Of a stretch of DNA of 64,000 bases, positions 30,428-39,981 are shown in pieces. The notes beneath the pieces are model-generated. The model was not told where the DNA came from. It worked only from the letters and a program-made list of their open reading frames with translations, and made no database searches. Source of the DNA: an uncultured Candidatus Saccharibacteria bacterium (lineage in GTDB: Bacteria; Patescibacteriota; Doudnabacteria; UBA920); NCBI GenBank assembly GCA_964561085.1, contig CAZLNP010000002.1, positions 75,440 through 139,439 on the forward strand, given 5' to 3'. The translations under genes were made by a program, and so were the position numbers. Within the stretch, counting starts at the first letter, position 1, and each line of letters starts with the position of its first letter.

Positions 30428-30455
30428 TTGACAAAACTCGAAGATGTGTTAAAAT
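30428..30455 (+). promoter_or_regulatory. Promoter of the infA-rpsI operon
   Basis: TTGACA, 16 nt, TGn-TAAAAT. Confidence 0.6.
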
Positions 30456-30503
30456 TAACCAGTTAAGTCAGAGAAGTTAAATTTCCTAAGAAAACTCAAT
30501 CAT

Positions 30504-30734
30504 TTGAGCAGCAACGATCCAAATAAACAGACAATTGAACTTGAAGGCAAGGTTATTGAAAGCTTGCCGAACGCAGTTTTTCGCGTTCAATTGGACTCAG
30601 GACAGGTAATTATCGGCCATTTGGCAGGTAAAATGCGAATCCACAGGATTAGAGTGTTACCAGGTGATAAAGTTTTGTTGGAAGTGACTCCTTACGACCT
30701 ATCAAAAGGACGTATTACTCGTCGATTACGCTAG
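30504..30734 (+). CDS. infA: Translation initiation factor IF-1
   Basis: [34 protein letters not shown]; TTG start. Confidence 0.97.
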   Translation: MSSNDPNKQTIELEGKVIESLPNAVFRVQLDSGQVIIGHLAGKMRIHRIRVLPGDKVLLEVTPYDLSKGRITRRLR

Positions 30735-30786
30735 TTAATAGCCAATCTACGAATGTCCGCGTTATCTATTTTATAAATATTTAGCG

Positions 30787-30877
30787 GCCTCAAAAGCTGC
30801 GGGAACCCAAGTTTTTACAAAAAACTGAGCTCCCTGAATTGCGCCATCTACTATCATTTTTGATGGGGATATGAGGC
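30787..30877. other. Multi-stem structured intergenic element between infA and rpmJ
   Basis: GCCTCA/TGAGGC closes two inner hairpins (30801-30834 and CCATC/GATGG). Confidence 0.4.
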
Positions 30878-30892
30878 TTGCAAGGATTACAA

Positions 30893-31006
30893 ATGAAAGT
30901 ACGAGCAAGTGTAAAACCAATGTGTAAGAAGTGTAAAATCGTAAAGCGATTCGGTCGTGTTTACGTTATTTGTGATGTACCGAAACATAAACAGCGTCAA
31001 GGCTAA
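30893..31006 (+). CDS. rpmJ: 50S ribosomal protein L36 (Zn-ribbon type; missed by ORF track)
   Basis: [37 protein letters not shown]. Confidence 0.97.
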   Translation: MKVRASVKPMCKKCKIVKRFGRVYVICDVPKHKQRQG

Positions 31007-31044
31007 GTGCTTTGCGCATTTTCTAATTAACTAAGAATAACAGT

Positions 31045-31434
31045 ATGGCTCGTATCGCCGGAGTAAACATTCCGAACGAAAAAAGAATAGAAATCTCACT
31101 TCAGTACATTTTTGGAGTAGGACCAACTTTATCAAAGAAAGCTCTTGCTTTTACTAAAGTAAGTCCAGACATCCGCACTAAAGATCTAACTGAAGATGAT
31201 TTGAATAAGTTGCGTGAATATATTGATCAGAACGTAAAGACTGAAGGTAACCTTCGCCAAGAAGTTCTACTAAACATCAAGCGCTTAAAGGAAATTGGAT
31301 CTTATCGTGGCAACCGCCACAGCCGTTCATTACCGGTTCGCGGTCAACGTACTAAGACCAACTCTCGTACTCGCCACGGAAACGTTCGTCGTACAGCTGG
31401 ATCAGGACGTAAGAAATCAGCAGAAAAGACCTAA
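31045..31434 (+). CDS. rpsM: 30S ribosomal protein S13
   Basis: [21 protein letters not shown]. Confidence 0.98.
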   Translation: MARIAGVNIPNEKRIEISLQYIFGVGPTLSKKALAFTKVSPDIRTKDLTEDDLNKLREYIDQNVKTEGNLRQEVLLNIKRLKEIGSYRGNRHSRSLPVRGQRTKTNSRTRHGNVRRTAGSGRKKSAEKT

Positions 31435-31457
31435 ACCCCCGAAATAATTATAGAACT

Positions 31458-31958
31458 ATGAAATTAGAAGAAGAATTAACAACTGAATCTGCGTCTGATG
31501 CTGCTGCTCAGGTTTCTGCTGAACTAGCTGCAAAAGCTGCTGAATCTGCATCTCCGGCAGCTGCAATAGCTTCCAAGATTAAAGGCAGCAAGAAGAAGCG
31601 ATCCAAGATCAAAATTCCTAAAGGAAAGATCTTCATCAACTCTACTTATAACAATACTATTATTGCTGCAACTGACCCGTTGGGTAATGTATTTGCTTGG
31701 GGAAGTGCTGGTAAAGCTGGTTTTAAAGGATCAAAGAAATCTACTCCTTACGCTGGTGGCAAAACCATGGAAGACGTTTTGGTACGAATTAAAGAACGTG
31801 GCCTAACAGAAGTAGAAATTTTTATTAAAGGTATTGGCTCAGGACGTGAATCAGCGATTCGTGCTCTACAAGCTTCTGGCCTTACAGTTTTGACGATTAA
31901 GGATCGTACTCCTACCCCTCACGGTGGCGTTCGCCAAAAGAAGGTGCGCCGCGTTTAG
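31458..31958 (+). CDS. rpsK: 30S ribosomal protein S11 with Ala-rich N-terminal extension
   Basis: STYNNTI, GFKGSKKSTPYA, G.GRESAIR, TPTPHGG. Confidence 0.97.
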   Translation: MKLEEELTTESASDAAAQVSAELAAKAAESASPAAAIASKIKGSKKKRSKIKIPKGKIFINSTYNNTIIAATDPLGNVFAWGSAGKAGFKGSKKSTPYAGGKTMEDVLVRIKERGLTEVEIFIKGIGSGRESAIRALQASGLTVLTIKDRTPTPHGGVRQKKVRRV

Positions 31959-31972
31959 GCAATAACTAATAT

Positions 31973-32581
31973 ATGAGATATACAGGACCAAAAGTTAAAA
32001 AAGCGCGTCGCTTAGGATTTGCATTCACTGAAAAAGATGCTCGCATTATGCAACGCCGTCCAACGCCTCCAGGGCAACACGGTGCAAACCGCGTACGTAT
32101 TTCTGAATACGGTATGCAGTTACGCGAAAAGCAAAAGGCGAAGATCAACTACGGTGTTGCTGAAAAGCAGTTCCTTCGTTACTTCGACAAAGCTATCAAC
32201 CGCCCAGGTGTTACCGGTGACTTGTTGCTAGAAATGCTTGAACTAAGATTGGATAACATTGTTTTCCGTTTAGGTTTCGCAGAAACTCGAGCACAATCCC
32301 GTCAGCTAGTAAATCATGGATTCTTTGAAGTTAACGGCAAGCGCGTAGACATTCCTTCATATGCTACAAAACCAGGTGACGTGATCACAGTTCGTGAAAG
32401 CAAGAAAGCTGGTAAGTACATGGAAGCTCGTAAAGAGAAGATGAAAGGTTTCAAGTCACAGGAATGGATTGAGTTAAACCCAACAACTTTATCTGGTAAA
32501 GTACTTTCCGTACCAACTCCAGATCAAATTGGAAACTTGATCAATACTCAGTTGATTGTTGAACACTACAGTAGAATTTAG
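31973..32581 (+). CDS. rpsD: 30S ribosomal protein S4
   Basis: RYTGP, PGQHG, LREKQK, LELRLDN. Confidence 0.98.
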   Translation: MRYTGPKVKKARRLGFAFTEKDARIMQRRPTPPGQHGANRVRISEYGMQLREKQKAKINYGVAEKQFLRYFDKAINRPGVTGDLLLEMLELRLDNIVFRLGFAETRAQSRQLVNHGFFEVNGKRVDIPSYATKPGDVITVRESKKAGKYMEARKEKMKGFKSQEWIELNPTTLSGKVLSVPTPDQIGNLINTQLIVEHYSRI

Positions 32582-32702
32582 TAGCACCTCAATTTATTAT
32601 CAAATTAATTTTTAATTAATTGCTGCCAAGGGATCGCCCCCGCAAGATTATTGGACGTTTGGAATAAAGACAGAGCCCAACAGCAGCAAAAAGAAGGTTT
32701 AT

Positions 32703-33683
32703 ATGGAACAAATTCCATTACCAAATCAAGCCCGCGTCGAAAACGTAGGCGGCAATACTTACGAAGTTACTCTAGAACCTCTTTACCCAGGTTTTGGTGT
32801 TACTATCGGAAATGCAATGCGTCGTGTGTTGTTATCTTCTATGCCAGGTGCAGCTGTGACTGCGGTCAAGATCAAGTATGTTGACCACGAGTTCTCAACT
32901 GTTCCAAACGTAAAAGAAGATGTAATTCAAATTATTTTGAATTTAAAGCAACTCCGATTGCGTAGCTTCTCTCGCGAACCAGTTCGTCTACAGCTACAAG
33001 CTAAGGGTGAAGGTGTGGTTACTGCAGAAATGATCGAAGGTACAGACCAAGTTGAAGTGGTAAACAAAGACTTGTACATTTGTACCCTAGATAACAAAAA
33101 CGCAGACTTCGACATGGAGATCATCGTTGAACAAGGTCGCGGTTATGTTCCTGTAGAATCTCGTGAAGGTAAAGAAAAGCTAGAAGCTGGAATGCTTTCT
33201 ATCGATGCTATCTACACTCCAGTTCGTTCAGTTTTCTTTGATGTATCAAACGTTCGTGTTGGTCAAATTACTAACTTCGACAAATTGGTACTTCGCATGG
33301 AAACAGATGGAACTATCACTGGTCAAGAAGCTATCGATATTGCATCTCACATTCTAGTGGATCACTTCTCAATGTTATTTAACAACGAAGGTGCTGCTCG
33401 TATTGAAATGATGGCAACTCCTGCTGTTGAAGAATCTGTAATGGAGAATGATGGATCTGAAGCAATTGAACCTACTTTCGAAGCTACTGCTCAAGTTGAA
33501 AACGGCACTAGCCTAGATGAATTAAACCTTTCTAATCGTGCTAAGAATGCTTTGACTAAAGCCGGTATCGGTTCAGTAGAAGCACTTCAAGGCTTAACCA
33601 ATGATGAAATCACTAATACTGCTGGTTTAGGTGAAAAGACTATCACTGAAATTCTAGAAGTATTGGGACGTAATCAAAGCTAA
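32703..33683 (+). CDS. rpoA: RNA polymerase alpha subunit
   Basis: EPL..GFG.T.GNA.RRVLLSS, HEFS, DA.YTPV, alpha-CTD. Confidence 0.98.
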   Translation: MEQIPLPNQARVENVGGNTYEVTLEPLYPGFGVTIGNAMRRVLLSSMPGAAVTAVKIKYVDHEFSTVPNVKEDVIQIILNLKQLRLRSFSREPVRLQLQAKGEGVVTAEMIEGTDQVEVVNKDLYICTLDNKNADFDMEIIVEQGRGYVPVESREGKEKLEAGMLSIDAIYTPVRSVFFDVSNVRVGQITNFDKLVLRMETDGTITGQEAIDIASHILVDHFSMLFNNEGAARIEMMATPAVEESVMENDGSEAIEPTFEATAQVENGTSLDELNLSNRAKNALTKAGIGSVEALQGLTNDEITNTAGLGEKTITEILEVLGRNQS

Positions 33684-33709
33684 TATTGTAAACGTAATTA
33701 ATTAATCGC

Positions 33710-34054
33710 ATGAGACACTTAAACAAGAAAAAATTCGGTAAGGGAATGGACCATCGCAGAAAGCTGTTACGTACTTTAGCGTCTTCCGCGATTCTTTATG
33801 AACGTATTGAAACCTCTTACTCTAACGCTCGCGCTGTAAAGCCTTACATCGAACGAATCATTACTCGTGCTAAAGTTGATTCTTTGCACAACCGTCGTCA
33901 GATTCTTTCTAAGCTAACTAAGAATGCAGCAGCAAAGGCTCTTGAAGTATATGGACCAAAGTACGCAAGCCGTAATGGTGGATATGTACGTATGATTAAA
34001 TTAAATGATCCTAAAGCCGGTAAGTCTAAAGCCGTATTGGAGTTTGTAGAATAA
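33710..34054 (+). CDS. rplQ: 50S ribosomal protein L17
   Basis: MRH, HR..LLR.L, R.GGY.R. Confidence 0.96.
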   Translation: MRHLNKKKFGKGMDHRRKLLRTLASSAILYERIETSYSNARAVKPYIERIITRAKVDSLHNRRQILSKLTKNAAAKALEVYGPKYASRNGGYVRMIKLNDPKAGKSKAVLEFVE

Positions 34055-34055
34055 T

Positions 34056-34499
34056 ATGTTAAAGAATCAGAAAATTACATTACCGAAAACAGTTACTCGT
34101 GTATGGCATGAAATCGATGCTTCTACTTTGCCAATGGGACGTATTGCAACTCAGGTTGCAAACCTTCTTCGTGGTAAGCACAAGCGTGATTTTACTCCAC
34201 ATATGGATATGGGTGATTTCGTTGTAGTGACTAATGTTGATAAGATGAAGTTCACTGGTCGTAAGATTGAACAAAAGAAGTACTATCATCACTCTGGCTA
34301 CTTAGGCGGTTTGAAGACAAAGACTTTGAAAGATGAAATCGTTCGTAGCCCAGAAACAGTTCTTCGTAAAGCAGTATGGTCAATGATCGATGACATCAAA
34401 TTCCGTAAGACTATTCTATCTCGCATGAAGATGGTTAAAGGAACTTCCCACACTTATAACACCACTAAGAAAGAAGCTAAGAAAGTAATCGCTAAATAA
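34056..34499 (+). CDS. rplM: 50S ribosomal protein L13
   Basis: W..IDA, GR.A, LRGKHK..FTPH.D.GD.V.V, HHSGY.GG. Confidence 0.97.
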   Translation: MLKNQKITLPKTVTRVWHEIDASTLPMGRIATQVANLLRGKHKRDFTPHMDMGDFVVVTNVDKMKFTGRKIEQKKYYHHSGYLGGLKTKTLKDEIVRSPETVLRKAVWSMIDDIKFRKTILSRMKMVKGTSHTYNTTKKEAKKVIAK

Positions 34500-34500
34500 T

Positions 34501-35076
34501 ATGGCTACAGAAACTACAACTACAAAGAAGCCAGCAGCTGCTAAGAAGGTTGCTGCAGCAAAGAAGCCAGCAGCTAAGAAAGCTGTTGCTGAAGAAGTGG
34601 CTAAGCCAGTTCGTAAGACTGCTCCAGTTGCTCCAGTAGAAACTGCTGTTGAACCTGCGATCACTTTTGAAAAGCCAACTCTACCTAAGGGCCGTTACGT
34701 ATATGCTACTGGCCGTCGTAAGACTGCAGTTGCTAACGTTCGCTTGTTTGCCGGATCTGAAAAGAGCCAAGTTAACAAGAAAGAACTAGAAGCTTTCTTT
34801 GATACAGAAAACTTACGTACTACTGCTATCCGTCCATTGGCTCTAGTTGGATTACTAGGTGATTTCTACTTCTTGGCTAGCGTTAATGGTGGCGGTACAA
34901 ATGCTCAAACCGAAGCTATTCGTCATGGAATCGCTCAAGCATTGGCTTCTATGAATGAAGACATGAGAAACGTTCTAAAGAAAAATGGTTTTCTAACTCG
35001 TGATGATCGTAAGAAAGAACGTAAGAAGCCAGGTCTACGTGGTGCGCGTCGTGCTCCTCAATGGGCTAAGCGTTAA
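34501..35076 (+). CDS. rpsI: 30S ribosomal protein S9 with Lys/Ala-rich N-terminal extension
   Basis: TGRRKTA.A, GGG..AQ, LTRD.R.KERKKPG...AR..PQW.KR. Confidence 0.97.
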   Translation: MATETTTTKKPAAAKKVAAAKKPAAKKAVAEEVAKPVRKTAPVAPVETAVEPAITFEKPTLPKGRYVYATGRRKTAVANVRLFAGSEKSQVNKKELEAFFDTENLRTTAIRPLALVGLLGDFYFLASVNGGGTNAQTEAIRHGIAQALASMNEDMRNVLKKNGFLTRDDRKKERKKPGLRGARRAPQWAKR

Positions 35077-35085
35077 TTTATATAC

Positions 35086-35179
35086 AAAAATCCTAACCAT
35101 TTATCAGCTCACTTAGTTTCGCTTTCGCATGTCGAATGCTCAGCTCAGATGCGTTCGCTAGATAAAGGTTAGGATTTTT
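35086..35179. repeat. Long imperfect inverted repeat (REP/MITE-like or structured 3' UTR)
   Basis: AAAAATCCTAACC.TTTATC ... GATAAAGGTTAGGATTTTT enclosing GCTCAC...GTTCGC. Confidence 0.55.
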
Positions 35180-35190
35180 AGTATCTGTTT

Positions 35191-35213
35191 ACTCCTCGAA
35201 AGGGGAGTTTTTT
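35191..35213 (+). terminator. Intrinsic terminator of the ribosomal operon
   Basis: ACTCCTC-GAAA-GGGGAGT followed by a T run. Confidence 0.8.
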
Positions 35214-35385
35214 GTTTCTTTTATAGGGAAATATTTTTGAAGATACATTACAACATCCCGCTTAAATAAAGTCAATATTGACAATTATTGCTCAGAGTGC
35301 CATATTACTAGCATAGATCAATCAATTTTTAATAAAGTCCTCATAAAGAAGGGCTATTATTGTAATAATTAAACAGACTAAACAG

Positions 35386-38300
35386 ATGAGCAAAAGCGAA
35401 CCTACAGCGGCACAAGCCCGCTATCGCATGAGATTTAGTACTCATGTCGTACCAGATTCCGCAAGAAAGACTGTATCTAAATTCAACCGTATGTGGTTGG
35501 GTAAAGCTATGGCTTTTGTTGCGGTTTTTTCATTAATTCTTAGCAGTGTTGCCCCGGTAGATGCATTAGCCGCTGTTGCACCAACTGTGACCGTTTGTCA
35601 TTTGGAAGGAAATGGGACATATCAGTCTCTAACTTTCAATTCAAATGCTTTGCAAGGTCATCTTGGCCACGGTGATGTTTATCCAGTTCCAGCTTTGGGC
35701 TGTGACTCTTTAAACCAAGTACCTCAAGCAATCCCAACAGAAACAATAATTGTTAATCAGAACACATCAGCTGGTGAAAACCTTCCTGGATGGATGTTTA
35801 ACCGTGATGCTTCTACAGATACTCCATATGTTTTTAACACTGGGAATGCAAGCATTGGTTCTGGTAGCTTAAACATTTTGCCAATTGGTGCGACAGCTGC
35901 AGACAAAATGGTTGCTGAAAACTTCATCAACTCACCAATTTCTACCATCACTGGAATTTACTACGACTTTAAGATTGGTGCCGGTGGATTAGCTACTCAA
36001 GAAGAGCAGTTCTACATGAATGTATATGCAAACTTCGGTGTGTCTCCAGATAATAAGTTCTATGACTGTCGATACAATGTAGTTCCTACTATCGGTTCTA
36101 CTGGTAGCTATACAACTGTTTCTTTTGACCCTAACTTAACTTACCCTGTAACTCAGAGCGGATCTTCTCCGTTTGCTTGTCCTGCATCTCCTGCGGCTAT
36201 GGAAGGCATGAGCGCTGGATCCAACATTCGTATGTTCTCCCTTAACGTAGGGGATACTTCTGCATCTGACCTTGGTTTAGATGGATATTTAGATAAAGTA
36301 GTAGTGTCTAAAACTACACTTATTACAACATATGACTTTGAACCAGCTCCTCCACGAATTGCTTCTAAAGTAGCGATTCAAAAAGTTTGGCAAAACTCTG
36401 CTGGTCAGCCAATCCCTGCACCAGATAACAAAGATGATATTACAATCACTGTAACTACTGAAAATCAGAATCAAGATGTTTGTACTTACGATGCACAAGG
36501 TGTTTTGACTTGTAGTGGCATTGTAAACAGCTACACAGACGAAACAATCAAAGTAGAAGAAACTGGTTTGCCGGTTGGTTGGGAAGTGGATCCTGCAACT
36601 GTTGGTAATGCTGTTAATCCAGTTTGTCCTGTGCCAGACCCTCAAGGACAGCGCTCAATTGATTGTACTCATACAGTTATTAACAAATTAAAAACTGCAT
36701 CTCCTTGTGGACTTGAATTAGTAACTAATGGTGGTTTTGAACTTCCTGAAGTAACTGACGGTAACAAGTGGCAGGTTTTTGACTCAGGCGCTGCTGGCTT
36801 AGGCTGGTCTGTTGACTGGGTTCGTCCAAGCGGAGCTCCAGCAAAAGCGAAAGCTGAATTGCACGAAGGCGTGAACTCTTGGAACTCTCACGGCGGTAAT
36901 CAGCATACAGAAATTGATTCTGACTGGGCTGGTCCTTCTAGTGGTCCAGACGGTGAAGATGCATCTGCGACACTTTTCCAAGACCTTATTACTAAAAATG
37001 GTGGCGTATACACAGTAAGTCTGTGGACATCACCTCGTCCAGGAACTGGAACTTCTGAAAATAAGACTGAAGTGAAAATGGGCTCAACTGTACTAGATAC
37101 TATCATCGAAGATGGCTCTGCTAACTCACAAACAGTTTGGACAAAACATACATACACATTCACAGCTACTTCTGGTGTAACTCGTTTGAGTTTGACCGAT
37201 CTAGGAACTGGAAATTCTCTAGGTGCTTTCTTAGACGACGTTAGCGTAAAAGAAGAATGTCTATCAGATGTAACAATCTGTAAATTAGATCAAAACCAAA
37301 ATCCACTTTCTGGATGGGATGTATTCTTGAAAGGTCCAATCGCAGATACAGTAGTGGTTTCTGGAACTTCTAATACTCCAGCTTTGTCTGATCCTCTTGC
37401 TGCTGGTGACTACGTTCTAGAAGCTTCTGGAACATACACATACCGCGCAGGCAGCGCAGGCGACATTAGTGACGCTGCATATTCTGAACGTCAGCCTTCC
37501 GATGCTGGCATTGACTCTAGCTTCTACTCTGGGGCACATTTGCCATGGGTACGAAATCTTGATCTAGGTGCTGGTTACGGTGGCTACTTAGGCATTCGTG
37601 TTGACGGTGCTAACTTCAACTGGGGTACTGAATATGAATCTAGCCATGAGTATGCTGCTTTCAAGAATGTTGCTGCTTTGGCTCCGCTATCTTTCTATAT
37701 TGAAGATGGAAATAGCTATGCAGATAACGCAGGAAGCTTAACTGTTGATATTTATCCTATTGTTAAAGGCACTACTGGCCAAAATGGTTGTGTGACTTTA
37801 CAAGATGTTGATTACGGTACTTACGATCTTGATGAACTAATGAAAGATGGTTGGGTTAATGTATCTGGTAAGGGCACTAATGCAGTTGTCGATATGCCAA
37901 CTGAAAACTTTACTCTAGTTAACCGATGTACTAACAACTGTGAATCTACTGTAAAAATTTGTAAGGTAAACGATCAAGGTACTCCGTTGCCAGGTTGGAA
38001 TGTTTACTTAAAAGGAGATAACTTAGAAACACTTGACGTTGACTCCGCTGACGTTGCAGGTGAAACTACCACCGATGTGCTTGAAGCAGGACAAGAATAT
38101 GTTGTTGAAATAGAAGGGGAATGGCAGAACCGTGGATTTGAAACTGTTGATGCTAGCTTTACTACTCCAGATGGTTGGACTACTGTCCTAGCTGCACCAC
38201 AAGGTGGTTATTCAGATGACCTACTAGAAACTCAAATTAACCAAGCATTCGTAAACTGGGGTCCTTACTCTGGTGAACCAGATCACAAGTACAGCTTGGT

Positions 38301-39903
38301 AATGACTGGTACTGGAACTACTGCTAATTTCCGTGTTTACGATGCGGCTAGCGGCAATCCTGCAGACATGAGCCCAGCTTGGTATGGTGATAATGTTGGC
38401 GAGCTAACTGTTAAAATTTATCCAATCTACCAGGGCACAACTGGTGCAGATGGCTGTGTGACTATTGATGGTGTTCCATTTGGGACTTACACTCTTGGCG
38501 AAACAATGCAAGAAGGTTGGGAAAACGAACGTGGTAATGGTTCTACTGTAATTGTTAACGAACCATACGAACCTGGTACAAACTTGAATGAAAATCCATT
38601 CGTACTAGTTAACACTTGTACTGGTGAAGATTGTCAAGATATTGGACCATGTACTGTTGCTCCTATTAATGTAATTAGCGGTGCTGCAACTTTCTTCTCT
38701 GGTTTGAAAGAGGGTGGTCCAGCTCCAATTGCTTTGAATAACGCTAATAACTATCCTTCTGGCACTACTGGTGTTGCACAACCTGCAGCTCCTACTGGGT
38801 ACGCAGGAGCATGGGATGGATCTATCAATGATCCTGACATTGCTGGTTCTGGCGCAGTATACATAAGCAACGATTCAACTCAGCCTACTCTTGCAGGCGG
38901 ACCTGGATACGATGGTTCAGTTGATTCTTGGAGATTATTCAAACACACCTTTACTATTCCAGCTGGCGCTACAAACATCAGCCTTCCAGTATTGCACTTC
39001 GCTGCAGACAATGAAGTTAGTGTGTTCCTAGACGAAGCGTTCATTGGTTTCAATGATAGCTTCTCTACTGTAGTTGATACTGCTCCGTTAGCGTTAACTC
39101 CTGGTACTCATACTTTGGAATTCGCTGTAAAGAACTATGCGTTTGATCAAACAAACAACCCAACTGGTGTAATCTACAAGCTAGATACTATTACTTACGA
39201 ATGTCCAGATGGTGGCGATGATGAACGCTACTCTGTTAATGGTTTAGTTTACACAGATTCAGATCAAGATGGCACTCAAGATGGTGGTGAATCTGCATTA
39301 CCTGGAATGACAATTAAGCTGCTAGAAGCAACTCCAGATGGTGAAGATGCTGGAACTGACCTAGATGAAGCAGAAGTAGCTACTGATGTTTCTGATGCAA
39401 ATGGTCTATACTCATTTGATCTAATTCCTGCTGGTTGCTACATCGTTCGTGAAATTCCTGATGGATACACACAAACTGAACCTGCTGTAGCGGGACACGA
39501 ATATTACATTAATGTTGGTGGCGCAGACTGTGTCTTCAACAATGCTGATGAGAAGAAGTCTCTTGTTGGTTCACTCTTCATCAAGACAGCTCAAGCTGCA
39601 ACTGTTGATACAGTATTCGTAGCTTACGTAGGCCAACAATTAAAGTTTGGTAACTACACTACAAATGGCGGCGGCGGTTCTGGTGGGTCCGGTGGATCTG
39701 GTTCATCTTCTGATGACGATGAAACTCCACTTGTTCCAACTGTTTTGGGTGACTCTACTAACACTCCATCAGATCCAGTTGGCCAAGTATTAGGCGCTAC
39801 TACATTGCCTCGTACAGGAAGCCCAACATGGGCATTGCTAATGATCGTTCTATTAGCAGCTCCAATGTTATACTTCCGTAAACTTGCTGTGAAGAAAGCC
39901 TAG
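35386..39903 (+). CDS. Large LPXTG-anchored multidomain surface protein (DUF642-like, CnaB/SpaA-like, SdrD-B-like domains)
   Basis: Signal helix; LVTNGGFE; two ICK...E...LVN repeats; G.VY.D.D.DG.QD.GE..L.G; C-terminal VLGA..LPRTG + TM + RK tail. Confidence 0.85.
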   Translation: MSKSEPTAAQARYRMRFSTHVVPDSARKTVSKFNRMWLGKAMAFVAVFSLILSSVAPVDALAAVAPTVTVCHLEGNGTYQSLTFNSNALQGHLGHGDVYPVPALGCDSLNQVPQAIPTETIIVNQNTSAGENLPGWMFNRDASTDTPYVFNTGNASIGSGSLNILPIGATAADKMVAENFINSPISTITGIYYDFKIGAGGLATQEEQFYMNVYANFGVSPDNKFYDCRYNVVPTIGSTGSYTTVSFDPNLTYPVTQSGSSPFACPASPAAMEGMSAGSNIRMFSLNVGDTSASDLGLDGYLDKVVVSKTTLITTYDFEPAPPRIASKVAIQKVWQNSAGQPIPAPDNKDDITITVTTENQNQDVCTYDAQGVLTCSGIVNSYTDETIKVEETGLPVGWEVDPATVGNAVNPVCPVPDPQGQRSIDCTHTVINKLKTASPCGLELVTNGGFELPEVTDGNKWQVFDSGAAGLGWSVDWVRPSGAPAKAKAELHEGVNSWNSHGGNQHTEIDSDWAGPSSGPDGEDASATLFQDLITKNGGVYTVSLWTSPRPGTGTSENKTEVKMGSTVLDTIIEDGSANSQTVWTKHTYTFTATSGVTRLSLTDLGTGNSLGAFLDDVSVKEECLSDVTICKLDQNQNPLSGWDVFLKGPIADTVVVSGTSNTPALSDPLAAGDYVLEASGTYTYRAGSAGDISDAAYSERQPSDAGIDSSFYSGAHLPWVRNLDLGAGYGGYLGIRVDGANFNWGTEYESSHEYAAFKNVAALAPLSFYIEDGNSYADNAGSLTVDIYPIVKGTTGQNGCVTLQDVDYGTYDLDELMKDGWVNVSGKGTNAVVDMPTENFTLVNRCTNNCESTVKICKVNDQGTPLPGWNVYLKGDNLETLDVDSADVAGETTTDVLEAGQEYVVEIEGEWQNRGFETVDASFTTPDGWTTVLAAPQGGYSDDLLETQINQAFVNWGPYSGEPDHKYSLVMTGTGTTANFRVYDAASGNPADMSPAWYGDNVGELTVKIYPIYQGTTGADGCVTIDGVPFGTYTLGETMQEGWENERGNGSTVIVNEPYEPGTNLNENPFVLVNTCTGEDCQDIGPCTVAPINVISGAATFFSGLKEGGPAPIALNNANNYPSGTTGVAQPAAPTGYAGAWDGSINDPDIAGSGAVYISNDSTQPTLAGGPGYDGSVDSWRLFKHTFTIPAGATNISLPVLHFAADNEVSVFLDEAFIGFNDSFSTVVDTAPLALTPGTHTLEFAVKNYAFDQTNNPTGVIYKLDTITYECPDGGDDERYSVNGLVYTDSDQDGTQDGGESALPGMTIKLLEATPDGEDAGTDLDEAEVATDVSDANGLYSFDLIPAGCYIVREIPDGYTQTEPAVAGHEYYINVGGADCVFNNADEKKSLVGSLFIKTAQAATVDTVFVAYVGQQLKFGNYTTNGGGGSGGSGGSGSSSDDDETPLVPTVLGDSTNTPSDPVGQVLGATTLPRTGSPTWALLMIVLLAAPMLYFRKLAVKKA

Positions 39904-39935
39904 GCTAACTTTTAGCAAGCTGTAACTGCTATAAT

Positions 39936-39964
39936 AAAACTACCTTCGAAAGAGGGTAGTTTTT
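39936..39964 (+). terminator. Intrinsic terminator
   Basis: AAAACTACCTTC-GAAA-GAGGGTAGTTTT. Confidence 0.7.
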
Positions 39965-39981
39965 ATTTTCCCACCTTAACC

